64,000 bases of DNA, taken from NCBI GenBank assembly GCA_964016885.1, contig OZ024744.1, forward strand, positions 87,482,001 through 87,546,000, given 5' to 3'. Positions 24,290 to 38,760 of this stretch are shown piece after piece (the stretch's first letter is position 1; each line of letters starts with the position of its first letter). The position numbers were made by a program, and so were the translations under genes. The notes under the pieces are model-generated. The model saw only the letters and a list, made by a program, of their open reading frames with translations. It ran no database searches and had not been told where the DNA came from. This DNA is from Eledone cirrhosa (taxonomy: Eukaryota).

Positions 24290-25130
24290 TGTGCACCTTC
24301 TCTGGTGTTTGAACGTCATGATAATCTTCGATTTCAGGTTGACCGCATCATCCTTCAATCTCCATGGCCTCGGAGAGGCATAGCCTACACTTCCTGTTTC
24401 CAGCCGAATATTCATTTGCATGTTGAACGGTACTCTAGTTGAGATTATACGGGGTGGCGTTGTCTTTCAAGTCCCATATTATGTCCTCCAGCCTTGTGGA
24501 GTGCCTCTTGCTCCTGTCCTTGAAAGAGTTTGTGTGATTATACATCCGCGATTTAAAGGTCGTGGATTTGCGCCGATGTAGGTGCGCTTGGTGTTGTACA
24601 TGATAACCACACATTTATATACTAGGCTCTTTGTTAGGCATCTTCCCTGCAGGGGGCATTGTGTGCCCGCTCTGCAGTTGCATGTTCGGTCGTTGTGTTG
24701 CTCATTTCCAACGCTGGGTCCTTGGTCTACTACGACACTCCCCCGGTTCTCTGGGTGTTGTTCTGTCGGTGCGGTGGGCTCCCATCCGTCACTCAGTTCC
24801 GCCCAGCATTCGATTACAGCGTCTTCCGCGGGCTTGGCGGGCATCAATATAGTTGGAAATCCTGTCTACAAGGGGCCCTCCGTGCCCCGCGGGACCGTCA
24901 GTCGCCCGCTGCTGTTGACGGTCGAGTTTCCCCAGCTTCACCCCGTTGGTTTTGGCCATGTAGTCTGCCATGTTAGGTGCGGTGGAAAAGGAGAACTTCA
25001 TGATGTGGCGGTGGAATATCCTGGGGTACCTGCTCGACGGCAGGAAGCACTCGTCCAACGCTCGGAAGAAGAGGCCTGGTGCATTGCTGCGTACATGCTT
25101 CGAATACGGCGCGTTATGTAATGGTCTTAG
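24290..25130 (-). pseudogene. Penelope-like element fragment of a second clade (CNCR..CPL type): RT C-terminus plus GIY-YIG, frameshifted
   Basis: PPYSKHV...IFHRHIMKFSFSTAPNM, CNCRAGTQCPLQGRCLTKSLVYK...YIG, then in another frame FKSRMYNHTNSF...IWDLK...CRLCLSE. Confidence 0.85.
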
Positions 25131-25156
25131 GCCTTGTCCTATTCCGTCGTCTATGT

Positions 25157-25207
<51 letters not shown>

Positions 25208-25813
25208 ATGTGTGTTGGGTCAGGTGTCCGTCTCAGGTTGTGTCTGCCCGTTATATCGCCCCCAACGTTGCCGCTATCTATATATCTACCGTGTGCGTCG
25301 GGGTTTTGCCGTTCTCTTACGGAGGCCTCAGGTTGCTTTTTTTTTTTTTTTTTTTAAATTTTGGGTTGTCAAAATAAGGGTGCGTCTTCGAACCGAGAAA
25401 TATGGTACACATATATTTGTATGTATGTGTGTCTGTGCACATGCGGCGAAAATTAAACGGAAAACGCCGCAGTAAACCATATAGTACAATTAACATATAT
25501 ATCAATTTAACGTTTGATAGATTAGAAAAAGTGTCTCAACGTGTCGGATGTTAGTCCTTCACCAGAATTAGGAATGAGAAATAATAAAAAAGAAAATCCA
25601 ATAGAAAGATAAAGAAGAATGAGCGAGAAGGAATCTGATTTTTTAAATTTCTTTCAGAAAAAGCACGTGAGTGATTAGTTCGCCATACATGCACATACAT
25701 ATGCATATATGCACACACACACACACATACACACGCACACACACACATGCATACACACACAAGCAAACACACGCACGCATATATAATATATATATATAAT
25801 ATTATATATGTAT

Positions 25814-25862
<49 letters not shown>

Positions 25863-26298
25863 ATACGAAACATTTTTTTTTTTCTTTGGGTGGAGGATGT
25901 GTATATATGAAATTTCCAGGAAGGGTATTAAAAACGTCAGATATTCCTGATAGACACGAAGCAAATAGTACGAAAATAAACCGATCGTACATCATTGAGA
26001 TTATATCGTGCGATAAATATAATATACGGTGATATAGCATTTAGATCTGTCTAGATTAATAGTGGATAACAACGTCGCTGTAGCAATGTATAAAGTACGA
26101 AATACCTACACGCTGCCATAACTGAAACTGGTCGGTTATAATAATCCAAATAATATTTTAAATTGTATGGTAAGCTTTATAATTATTATCATTTTTAAAG
26201 TTGATTGGAATGATTTGATTGAGATATGACTACTATTTCTTGCTACTCGTTTCCAGTGTGACAATCTGCGCATGTTGCACTCTCTGCATTGTCTAGTC

Positions 26299-26598
26299 CA
26301 GTCATGGGCAAACTGCGGCCCGCGAAGTTTTCTGAATGGCTCGCCTAAGTCACCTAAGTGAAATCTTTCTGATTTTTTTTTAACCAAAACTTTTCATCGT
26401 AATTTATCTTTCTATCTTTTTTACGATAGAGGAAAATAAAATGTAAGAATTCTGAAGAAACAAACCAAAACAACCTGAGTTACCATACGTTTTTTTTTTT
26501 TATGTGGGCACGACATAAGTAAATTAGCGCTTGCGGCCCGCCTGATGATGAGCCATATCTCATGCTGCCCGTTTCTCAAAAAAGGTTGCCCATGCCTG
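26299..26598. mobile_element. hAT-type MITE
   Basis: TIRs cagtcatgggcaaac/ggttgcccatgcctg, subterminal gcggcccg, imperfect 8-bp TSD gtctagtc/atctaatc. Confidence 0.8.
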
Positions 26599-26868
26599 AT
26601 CTAATCTATTTCTCACCTACCACAGATTGTGATAGTGAACAAAGCGGTGGCAGCCAATGTGGTCTTGTGCAGATCAAGAATGACAGTCGTTGTTCCTTGC
26701 ACTTTCACCATTCACAAACGTAAAAAGTAAAAATACCACTTAACTGCTGAAGTCCTGGGGACGCTCTTCTGGCACACGGTTTATCGTGTGAATTTAAACC
26801 CTAAAGGAACCGATCCCTCTCCATATCGGAACATAGACAATATTTTCCAGAAAATGAGAGAGAGAGGA

Positions 26869-26967
<99 letters not shown>

Positions 26968-27304
26968 GATAAATATAAAGTATAAATCTGTCCCAGTATT
27001 GAAGTAGAACGTTATTTATCAACCTCAAAATCTCCTTCATTTCCTGAGTCGATAAAATGACCTGTTGTAAAAATTGAACATTGAATCTAATAAAATGTTA
27101 TCTCATTGCCGTTTAAGGCCTGTTTTATGAAGAGGAGCTCTGGTTCTGAAGAGAAATGACATGAGATGTAAACAGTTAAAATCAAAACTAAGTTATGAAT
27201 ATATTTGTTTACAAATTCTTTAATATATATATATTGATAAGATAACTAATATAGCATTTAAAAAATAGTATTATACCTGTTGCCGATATTGTCTAATATT
27301 ATTG

Positions 27305-27862
27305 CAATCCCGCCGAGGTTAACTTTGCCTTTCATCCTTACAGGGTCGATAAAATAAAGTACCAGTAATGCACTGGGATAATTGCTGGCCTTGTGCCAAA
27401 AGTAGAAACAATTATTGCAATATCGAGATGGTGGATTGGCAGTATCGGTAGAGGGTCGGACACCATCCATGCTTTGATGCATAGAGTTACGGCCCACCGA
27501 GGTTAACTTTGCCAATCATCCTTATGTGGTCGATAAAATAAAGTACCATTAATACACTGGGGTAATTGCTGGCCTTGTACCAAAAGTAGAAACAATTATT
27601 GCAATATTAGCATCAACTAGTATTTTGGGCGCATGGTAGAATAAATAAGAATGCTTAAAATTATGTAATTACGATGAGGTGGATTGGCAGTATCGGTAGA
27701 GGGTCGGACGCCATGCTTTCCAGCAGAGTTACGCCCCTTTACGATCTGAGTTCAAATCCCGCCGAGGTTAACTTTGCCTTTCATCCTTACGGGGTCGATA
27801 AAATAAAGTACCAGTAATGCACTGGGTAATTGCTGGCCTTGTGCCTAAAGTAGAAACAATTA
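27305..27862 (+). mobile_element. Three tandem SINE family A copies
   Basis: Repeated gtcgataaaataaagtacca and tail motifs. Confidence 0.9.
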
Positions 27863-28199
27863 TGTAATTACGATTCTTAACGTTCTGTGTTAGAGTATCG
27901 CTAGGTGAGCACCACTGCACGCCAGCACGGAAATATGCGGCCGTGTGCCTATGTTAGACATCGACATACAGTTACATCACTTTAGCACTGAAGCACGTCG
28001 CTCTATGCAATCGGCTATATCTCGACATTAAAAATGTTAACATTAGGGTCAGTTGATAGCAGATATGGAGAAAGTAAGTGCATATTTATAGCATTTATTT
28101 AACTCTCTTAAGGAGAGTACTCCATAATAGGAATCAAATTTGTGCAACTAGTAACCGCATGCATTTCATTTTCCAAATACTACTTATATTATCTCGTCC

Positions 28200-28785
<586 letters not shown>

Positions 28786-28864
28786 ATATATTATTCAAAA
28801 TATTAATAAATGCCAAGACTGGAATTGAACCATCAGCACAGTTGAGTTATGTCATGCATTAATT

Positions 28865-28938
28865 TATGTGTTTTATCTGATGAGGACATACTGAAAAAGC
28901 AGCACAGTACCTCCGAAATATATATAATAAAACATATA
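28865..28938 (+). ncRNA. Type I hammerhead, intact core, 12-bp stem I
   Basis: tatgtgttttat-CTGATGA-gga..tactg/cagta..tcc-GAAA-tatata-TA-ataaaacatata. Confidence 0.85.
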
Positions 28939-29129
28939 TTTTGATTATGTGAATGTATCCATTTATTAATATCTTGAATAATATTAATAACTCCAGAAAA
29001 AGTTACTGTTCAGTGCTTTTAATCTATTGTAAAACTATATTCATTGAATAATCAATGAACCTTGTTTAATATTTGGTTATATATTTTATATATATATATA
29101 TATATTATATATATATATTTTAATATATA

Positions 29130-29200
<71 letters not shown>

Positions 29201-29202
29201 TA

Positions 29203-29236
<34 letters not shown>

Positions 29237-29420
29237 CTCCCGCAAGGTTGAGTAAAACTTTAGGCAGTATTCGGCTGCGCTTTCTAGCAACCAGACTACT
29301 CGTCGATAGGCACCAATCACAAACTTTCTGCCTTGACCACTGGCCACTGATGGTTCTTAGCCATTTTGAATTCATTTCTGGCGGGGATCATGGTAGAAAA
29401 TTCTTAGGCCAGTGTGAGGT

Positions 29421-29504
29421 TCTCCTAAGGAGTTCCGCGCCTCGTGGATTTATCCAAGACCGAATATATCCAAAACGTGGAACGAAACCGCTGGATGGTA
29501 GAGA
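29421..29504 (+). ncRNA. Type I hammerhead with G5A core change
   Basis: tctc-CTAAGGA-gttccgcg/cgtggaac-GAAA-cc-gctggat-gg-TA-gaga. Confidence 0.7.
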
Positions 29505-31024
29505 TTATGAAGAATCTGGTAAAGTTTATGTACATTTTTTCTTGTAACTTCGATTTTGTACCTAATTCCGTGTAGTTAACTATTTGTCTTGTACATTTCT
29601 ACAGGCTAGAAGGAATATTAGGTAAATATCATATCCTGTACGTAGCGGATAAGAAGCTATATCATTTGTCTATTATTTCTTCATAAGTACATTTTAAAAA
29701 TAGCCTTGTTTAAATGATTCTTTTATGTGGTTGATTTATACTGATTAGGAGAGGAAATACTGTATATATTTTATCTAATGATTCTTTGGACTTACATTTA
29801 TATATATATATATGTGGTATATAGTATTAGTGCTGAAATAGCGATGTATACATGAATGTATGAATAGTATATTTGGCAATATACTCCATGTTTAATTAAA
29901 AACATTTTGAAGACACTTCGCTATGAGTTTTAAAGTAGTGACTATGTTACTTATTTATTCTCGGCAAAAACAACAGAGAGTGATCGACAGACAGTCTGTT
30001 TCTCGCTTGTTAGCGTTTATCAAGACCACACACTCCGCTGCCTTTGCCGATATATATATATATAAGAAAACAGTGAGGACCCCGACGGCTGAGCTCCGGC
30101 CATTTCAGCATCTAGATGCGTATATATATATATATATACTGTATATGGTGTTGTTTAATCTTTTTATTCACCTGTTAAAAAAATTGCTGTTATCTACTTT
30201 CTAATTTTTCCTTCTTACCAAGTTCTCTGATAACATTTTTTTATTCCTATTTCTGGTTCTGTTATGGAAACAGAAATAAATGTAAAATGATGCTTCGAGT
30301 GAACTTATGTATGCCTACACAAATATATATATATCCATACCTACGTGTGTATATACAAAAATATCCACACTTGCTTTAATATACACTCGTACATATATAC
30401 AATTTAACATATATATATAAAAAATGTTTATTTATGTACATACTTGTATTTATTCCTTTATATATTTCTTTTGTATAAATAAATATATTTTTATAAATTT
30501 TTGAAAATTACATTTTTATAAATATTTGTAAATTAATTATATTTCTCTATTTTTTCTATTTTTTTTTTATTTTGTATCGTTATTTAGTATGTTTTATTTT
30601 GTAATTTTTGTTCATATTTTTTTCTTTTTTGTAATTTTTGGTTATGTTTTTGTTCATCTTTTATTTTATATAGATTTTCTTATATTATTATTTTCATCCT
30701 TTGTTTTCTTATTATTATTATCTTTATGATAAATGTTTCATGTAAAACATTTATACGCTAATTAATAACATAATACATACCCCCCTTTCTACTAAATCTT
30801 AACTGAATCTTACCTTATTCACTAAGATTTTACGACACAGAAGCCTAACATCCTTATAATTAGTACGATTTTATTATGTTAATTTTAATCTTATTGTAAA
30901 ATTAACTTGAACATGAACCCTTATTTCTCCCAATAAACTCCTCAAATTCTAACACGACATTTTAAATGCAACAATTAATGTACCATCCAAAGGATAACTA
31001 TTTCTCCTATTGCTTCAGATAGAC

Positions 31025-31206
31025 CAGGCATGTCAAACATGCGGCCCGAGGGACACATGAGGCCTTTTACAAGCACACCTGCGACTCGTACAAAGATTTT
31101 TTAAAAAATTGGTTGTAATGTGCGCAAATAGTCGTCATGTATGGCCCTCAGACAACACATATGTGACCCATGTGGCCCTCGAGAGACCCTCAGGTTAACA
31201 TCACTA
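31025..31206. mobile_element. Decayed hAT-type MITE
   Basis: caggcatgtcaaac...gttaacatcacta ends, with gcggccc/tggccc subterminal motifs. Confidence 0.6.
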
Positions 31207-31609
31207 AAATAGAACATAGAAATTGCTTTTCCACATACCCAACATTTATTTTGTTCACATAATTTAATATGCACTCACACATCTTAAGGTACCTAAGTGT
31301 ATATATGTTTGTGTATGTATCGATACATGGGAGTATGGACATAATTGTGAATCAAGCTGTATGAGTGTGACTAGGTGCATATATCTATATATAAATATGA
31401 TTAAATGCTTCAATGTTTATGTAAGTATGATTAATATATTTTCTAAACTACTTGTGAATATACACTTTCTCTATACAGTCTGAAAGTACGTGTTATATAA
31501 ATATATTATAACAGATGCCCTGCCCAATCCCATTAGGATCTAATTTCAAAGATAAATAAGATATTTCTATATAGAGACATGGCTTAAATACACCACATAT
31601 TGATTATAT

Positions 31610-31899
31610 CAGGGGTGTGCAACATATTCCTTTGGCAGGCCACTTTTGAACATTGGAACAACCATTAGGGCCATTAATATTTATTAAGTACTATTACAAA
31701 CATTCACCACAACTTCTTTCCATAACATGGAACTGGAACATTATAACACACATAACCCTATCAGTGAAGCCCTTTAGTCAACTAACAGAAAATTGTATTA
31801 CGGTTACGAAAAAAATTCTAAATAAGTCTACAAGGAAAAAATTAAAACGGTCATCGCGGGTGGGATTGGGGCCCGCGGGCCGCCTGTTGCACGCCGCTG
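31610..31899. mobile_element. hAT-type MITE
   Basis: TIRs caggggtgtgcaac/gttgcacgccgctg and subterminal ggcccgcgggccg. Confidence 0.75.
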
Positions 31900-32064
31900 A
31901 ATTACAGTATAGTTTTATGCGGCCACAGGTTACATATAGAATTGAAGAATAGAGCCATGAATAATATACAAATAAAGTCTACAATGCTATGTTGAACCAT
32001 ATAATAGTATATCATATGATATTTTGCTATGGGAAATGTCTCACTAGATTACATTATTTTCTGG

Positions 32065-33000
32065 GCAGTATCAGTGGAGGGTCGGACGCCATGCTTTGCA
32101 GCACAGTTACTTTCCTTTACGGACTGAGTTCAAATCCCGCCGAGGTTAACTTTGCCTTTCATCCTTACGGGGTCGATAAAATAAAGTACCAGTAATACAC
32201 TGGGAAAATTGCTGGCCTTGTGCCAAAAGTAGAAACAATTATTTTCTGTAATCACTGTCCTTGTGCCAAAAGTAGAAACTCTTAAGGCGGTGGATTGGCA
32301 GTATCGGTAGAGCGTCAGACGCCTTGCTTTGCCGCATATAGTTACGGCCCTTTATGGTCTGATTTCATTACGGAGTCGATTTAATCGAATTTCCCCTTTC
32401 ATCAAAATTGCTGGCCGTGTGCCTAAATCAGAAACTAGTTGGACGCCATGCTTTCCAGCATAGTTACGTGCCTTTACGGTCTGAGTTCAAATCCCGCCGA
32501 GGTTAACTTTGCCTTTCATCCTTACGGGGTCGATAAAATAAAGTACCAGTAATGTACTTGGATAATTGCTGGCCTTGTGCCAAAAGTAGAAACAATTATT
32601 ATTCTATTATAAATAATATGTGGTGCCAAGTAATAATTGTTTCTACTTTTGGCACAAGGCCAGCAATAACCCAGTGCATTACTGGTACTTTATTTTATCG
32701 ACCCCGTAAATATGAAAAGCAAAGTTAACCTCGGCGGGATTTGAACTCAGATCGTAAAGGGACGTAACTATGCTGGGAAGCATGGCGTCCGACCCTCTAC
32801 CGATACTGCCAATCCACGTGGTTGATATAGACAAAAGGTCAACAATTTTGTTGGCATTACTGGTACATTATTTTATCGACCCCGTAAGGATGAAATGCAA
32901 AGCAGGCCTCAGCAGGGCAGGATTTGAAATCAGAACGTAAAGGGACCTAACTTTATGCCACAAAGCATCGTGTCCGACGTTCTATAGATACGGTCAGTCC
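32065..33000. mobile_element. Cluster of five SINE family A copies (three on +, two on -)
   Basis: + copies at ~32065, ~32286 and ~32440; - copies at 32633-32817 and ~32855-33000. Confidence 0.9.
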
Positions 33001-33021
33001 ACACACACGCGTACACATACA

Positions 33022-33079
<58 letters not shown>

Positions 33080-33238
33080 GACACAAGATATATATATATA
33101 TATATAAGATCAATTTTGGTCAAACAAATGTTGGAAAGGAAGAACATATTCGTAATTTGTATATACATATATTAAATAATTTAGAAAATATACATACATA
33201 CATGTATTTATACACTTATACACATTTAATATGCATGG

Positions 33239-33294
<56 letters not shown>

Positions 33295-33454
33295 CCGCGT
33301 TCCGAATATGTATATTTTGCATATATGTATACATATATGTGTAGGGGTAATGTGATATGCATAAAAGGAAACCGAAAGGAAATTGATGACAGAAAAATTA
33401 TTATAGAATATCTCCGAAGAATTGAAGTCAGATAGCAGAAATTGGCAGAGAGAA

Positions 33455-33544
<90 letters not shown>

Positions 33545-33552
33545 GGATACAT

Positions 33553-33627
<75 letters not shown>

Positions 33628-34009
33628 TAAGAGATAGGCATGTTGATTGAAAGTGGGAAAAAGAATGATGAAGAGAAGTGAGAAGATAAAAAAATAATAC
33701 ATTTCATGTAATACAAGAGAAATAAAAAAAAATCAAATGAAAAGATTTAAAGCAGAGGTAATTTAAAGGAAATAAGAAGAGCATAAAAGAAAAGACAAAT
33801 AGTCAGATAAAAAGTAGAAATGTCAACCGACTGATATAATGTGAACAGCACATCTTAAAAGACAGCAAGGTTTTTAGTTTGATCTGATTTGTCACGGTTC
33901 GTGACTGCAGTGATAGCAAATTGCTAACGGATCTCTTCAGGGGAAAGATTTCTAAAGAAAACCTTTGACAATATACAGTTCTTCCAGCGAAAAATCCAGC
34001 TACTGATTC

Positions 34010-34250
34010 TTACGCGCGCTCCGCAACCACCGGATGTTCCGCCAGTCACCATTTGCTTTGACGTCATCATCACCTATCACTTACAGCCAAAATGGCCGCT
34101 TTGTATAGCGACGGATGAGTCTGCTGGATCGTTTGACCACCGAAGTTCCCGTTCTGAAAGGTTTTAGTTGTACAATAATTTCCGCACGAGCTAGATTTCG
34201 GAAATTATACGAACCACTGCTAGAATGAAAGCGGTCTCGTGAAGCGGTAG
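34010..34250. promoter_or_regulatory. Candidate CpG-rich promoter / first-exon region
   Basis: Unique CpG-rich patch with ETS-like ccggatgt (34030), CRE tgacgtca (34059), YY1-like caaaatggcc (34088) and a minus-strand GTAAGT donor (34084-34079). Confidence 0.4.
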
Positions 34251-35399
34251 TAATGTGAGTGGTCTTTTGTTTATCAATGTTAACACAATCACCCCCGCCA
34301 CACACACACACGCACACACACACACACAAGTACGCAGACACACAGACACACATATTCATTCTCTTCCCTTCCCTACTTTATTCTATACATATGACCCACT
34401 AAAAGTAATAGAATAGCGTAAACTTGTCTGTAGTGTGTGTCTGCCTCAGACAGTCCGAGAAAAAGATCTTTCCGTTGAAGGTGAAACCCTTTACTCTGCA
34501 AACGAAGGATAACACAGAATGGAAATTGAGGGTAATGTAGGAAACGGCTCAAAGGTGGTAAATTATATTTTTCGTTTTTTCTATTTAACATTTATTATTT
34601 ATTTATGTTTTATACCTATATTTTTTTGATTGTTGATACTATTTTTTTTTCTGTTTATTCAGTTGTTGTGTTTAGTTTATTTGCATTGTGTTCCCCTTGT
34701 ATTTTATTTCCTTATCTCTTTAATATATTATTTTCTTTTGTTTTGTTCTATTAAAGGAATCGGTTTTCGACGCGGAGAAGAAATGGAAATGAGTTTAAAT
34801 TTACGGCTATTGAACAGAAGAAAACTATTATACAATACCCTTCCACACTAAAAAGAAAAATGAGATATATACATATATGCACTATATACAATCACAAACA
34901 CAAACAGACACACAATAAATAAATATATATATAGTTTTTGTTTATATATATATATATATATAAATATATATATATATATGAGTGTATATATATATATATA
35001 TGTATATAACCGTACATTTATACACAAGAACCCACGCATGTATATATATATAGATATATGCTAAAGTAAATATGGATATTTCTATAAAAAATAAAAACAA
35101 GCAAAACAAATCAAAACAAAACACGGCAATATGCGGAGGAGATGAAAGACGAACTGAAACTATGAGATACGTGAGAGAGAGGGCGAGGGGGGGGGGAGTG
35201 AGAGGGCAGAATTAAAGCAAAAGAAATGCAAAGAAATTGACATACAGGGAGAAAATATAGAAAGAGAAAGAGAATGACGGCGGAGAAACAGCTATATATA
35301 TATATATATGGGTGGGGGTGGCGGTAGACAACATTAGATGATGGGCAGAAGGAATTAGAAATAAGAGATTTTTTTGCAAATGCTCTAAAAGTACACAGA

Positions 35400-35463
<64 letters not shown>

Positions 35464-35486
35464 TATATATATATATGTATATATAG

Positions 35487-35519
<33 letters not shown>

Positions 35520-35594
35520 TACCACACACACATATATATATGTAAATATACAGAGAGTGAGAGAAAGAGAGAGAGAGAGAGATAGATAGATAGA

Positions 35595-35661
<67 letters not shown>

Positions 35662-36157
35662 GGAGAAGAGAGAAGAGAGAAGAGAAGGAATAGTTTGTAT
35701 TGAATAATATAAAGTTTAAAATCAGTACGAACTAAATTAAAGGGGTAAACAACACCAACGAGAACAAAAAACAAAATGAAGACTGACAACAAACAACAAA
35801 CAATCGGCCAGAGAAGAAAGGATATGAAGGAAATCGGAGATTATTTTAAAGGAAAACGAAGCGGTTGATATTATAGAATGACAAGTGGAGTTGATTACGG
35901 AGTCGATTTTATTATGGGTTAGGTGTCAGCCTCAAATACATATGGGTAGGTGGGAATAGCTGGAGGTGGCAGCAGCTGAAGCAGAGAGAGAGAGAGGGGG
36001 AGAGGGGGAGAGAGGGAGAGGGGGAGAGGGGGTGAAAGGAAATAACGTCGTTTTCGAGACCGTGTTTACCGTTTTACATAAACTGGAACGGGATTATTGC
36101 CGAGACATTCTACACCGTAAGTAAGCCTTACGATGGATGAGACATAATGGTGTTAAA

Positions 36158-36161
36158 GATA

Positions 36162-36206
<45 letters not shown>

Positions 36207-36231
36207 GTGGTGGTTATGATGTGAATGACGT

Positions 36232-36278
<47 letters not shown>

Positions 36279-36341
36279 TTGACGATGATGATGACGATGA
36301 TGATGTTGACGATGATGATGACGATAATGATGATAAAGATA

Positions 36342-36401
<60 letters not shown>

Positions 36402-36551
36402 GTGATGAAGGTGGTGGTGGAGATTGTGACGACGGCAGTGGTAGCGGTGGCGGCGGTGTTGTTGCTTGCATTGGTGGCAGTGATGGTTGCTGTGGGAGTG
36501 ATGGTGGCGGCTTTGATAGCATTGATGACGATGACGACGATGATGATAATC

Positions 36552-36622
<71 letters not shown>

Positions 36623-36893
36623 GATGATGATGGAGATTGTGACGATGGCAGTGGAGGTGTTGGTTGTGGTGGTGGTTGTGGTGGTGGTGGTGACTGTGGC
36701 GACGGCAGTGGTAGTGTGGTGGTGGTGGTGTTGGTGGTGGTGGTAGTTGTGGTGATGGTGATGGTTGTAGTGGTGGCGGCGGTGCTGTTGCTGGTATTGG
36801 TTGTAGCGGTGGTGGTGGTGGTTGTGGTGGTTTTAATAGCATTGATGATGATGAGGACGTCGGTGATGATGATGATGATGATAATTATGGTGG

Positions 36894-36929
<36 letters not shown>

Positions 36930-37201
36930 CGATGATGGTGGTGGAGATTGTGGCGACGTCAGTAGTGGTAGTGTGGCGGTGGTGTTGGTTGTGATGGTGG
37001 TGGCGGTGGCGGTGGTGGTGGTGGTGGTAATGGAAGTGGTTGTAGTGGTGGCGGCGGTGTTGTTGCTGGTGTGGGTGGTAGTGGTGATGGTGGTGGTTTT
37101 CTTAGCATCGGTAAAGACGACGATAATGATGGTGATGATGAAGAAGAGGAGGAGAAGAAGGAGGAGGAGTATGTTGATGATGATGATGATGAGGATTGTT
37201 G

Positions 37202-37248
<47 letters not shown>

Positions 37249-37348
37249 GTGATGGTGATGGTGATGGTGATGTTGATGATGATGATGATGATGGTGATGA
37301 TTGTTGTGATGATGATTGTTGTGATGATGATGGTGATGATGATGATGG

Positions 37349-37404
<56 letters not shown>

Positions 37405-37444
37405 GTAATGATGATGATGGTGATGATGATGGTTATGGTGCTGT

Positions 37445-37476
<32 letters not shown>

Positions 37477-37556
37477 AACATCATCATCATCATCATCATC
37501 AACAGCACCATAACCATCATCATCATTACCATCATCATCATCATCATCATCATCAT
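36158..37556. repeat. (GAT)n/(GGT)n trinucleotide low-complexity tract ending in a fold-back to (CAT)n
   Basis: Direct reading; the inversion point is near 37476. Confidence 0.95.
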
Positions 37557-37944
37557 TAACTTGATAGATAGCAAGGAAAGTTTTCTATATTAAGCGTCAG
37601 TAGTAATGGGCTTAGAAAGAGATGAGATAAAATGTAAAATCTCTGCAGTGAAGAGAGATGAAGTAGTTGGAAAAAACATTTCCATTGTCAATTTGAATGA
37701 TAAACCGAAATATCTTAGGATTGGCTATTCCACAGTGTTCTAAGACAAAGAAACTGAAGCACTACGATACGAATGCCATCCAAAGGACCATGCTTTGAGT
37801 TCTCTTGTCGGTCACTAAAGTGATATATCATATTGGTGAATTTGTGTTGTGGAATTATCATATTCAGGTTCTCTATTTCAGTGCAGAAGTAAAGGATAAA
37901 GTAGAAAATCAATTCTTCTTCTTCTCCTCCTCCTCAGTGCTGTG

Positions 37945-38760
37945 ATCTGTCAGTTTGAAGAAGTAGCGTCTCTACCTGGAGCGACTCTCTGATCACGGAG
38001 TTATGCACTTTATCAAGTAATGTTTCTCCAAATACCATTGGGATCAACCCCATTTCTCCCTCTTGTATTCATGATCGTATTCTTTGAACCACTATCCAAG
38101 ATTCATGACCCTTCTAGCTCCCTTCTTCTGATTACAAATTACTGAAACTGGAGCATTGCTTCACCAGCTCCTGCACTTCTTTTCTTTAATACATCCTCCT
38201 GCCTTCCATCAGTCATAAACAGGGCCGCTGGTGATTTGAACTTCTACACCTGCTTCAATGGATCGTCATTCACATGTAGAGTGCATTGAACAGGCTTCCT
38301 TGAGATGAGGAGTGAATCAGTCTTCACAGCACTTTGCATTCCTGTGGGTGTAGCACTCTGCAGCAAACCTTTCAAGTGTATGTTGGAGATCACCATATGA
38401 CGAGTTAATTAGTAAAATATCGTCTGCAAATTCCAATTGTCTGATCCTATACCCACCTCTCATGACACCCCTTCCAAACCGACTGCGCATGTCAATCCTG
38501 TTCATAAAGATTATAAACAGTATAGGTGTTAGTACGCAGCCTTGGTGGAGTCAGATTTCCACATTCAATGGTTTCGCTTTAGCACCATTTATCCTAACAC
38601 AAATACTAAGGCAATCGCATAGGGGTATCATGGCAAGAAGAAGCTGCTCATCGATCCCCTACTCATGCAGAACCTTCGGGAGGTGGTCTTGATGAACGCA
38701 TTCGTACAACCTTTTGACGTCTACGAAGCAAGAATACACCCTCAAACAACTTTCCATACG
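37945..38760 (-). pseudogene. Decayed RTE-like LINE RT fragment
   Basis: GCVLTPILF and QLEFADDILL...DLQHTLERF motifs. Confidence 0.75.

Noticed and set aside
25370-25407. Possible pogo/Tigger-like terminal repeat (gggtgcgtctt...aaatatggta)
   Set aside because: No convincing partner TIR was found.
27677-27760. tRNA genes
   Set aside because: The A/B boxes belong to SINE heads and do not form a cloverleaf.
36128-37593. Poly-Asp/Met/His/Ile ORFs up to 285 aa
   Set aside because: The trinucleotide repeat is open in several frames on both strands, with no domain or splice support.
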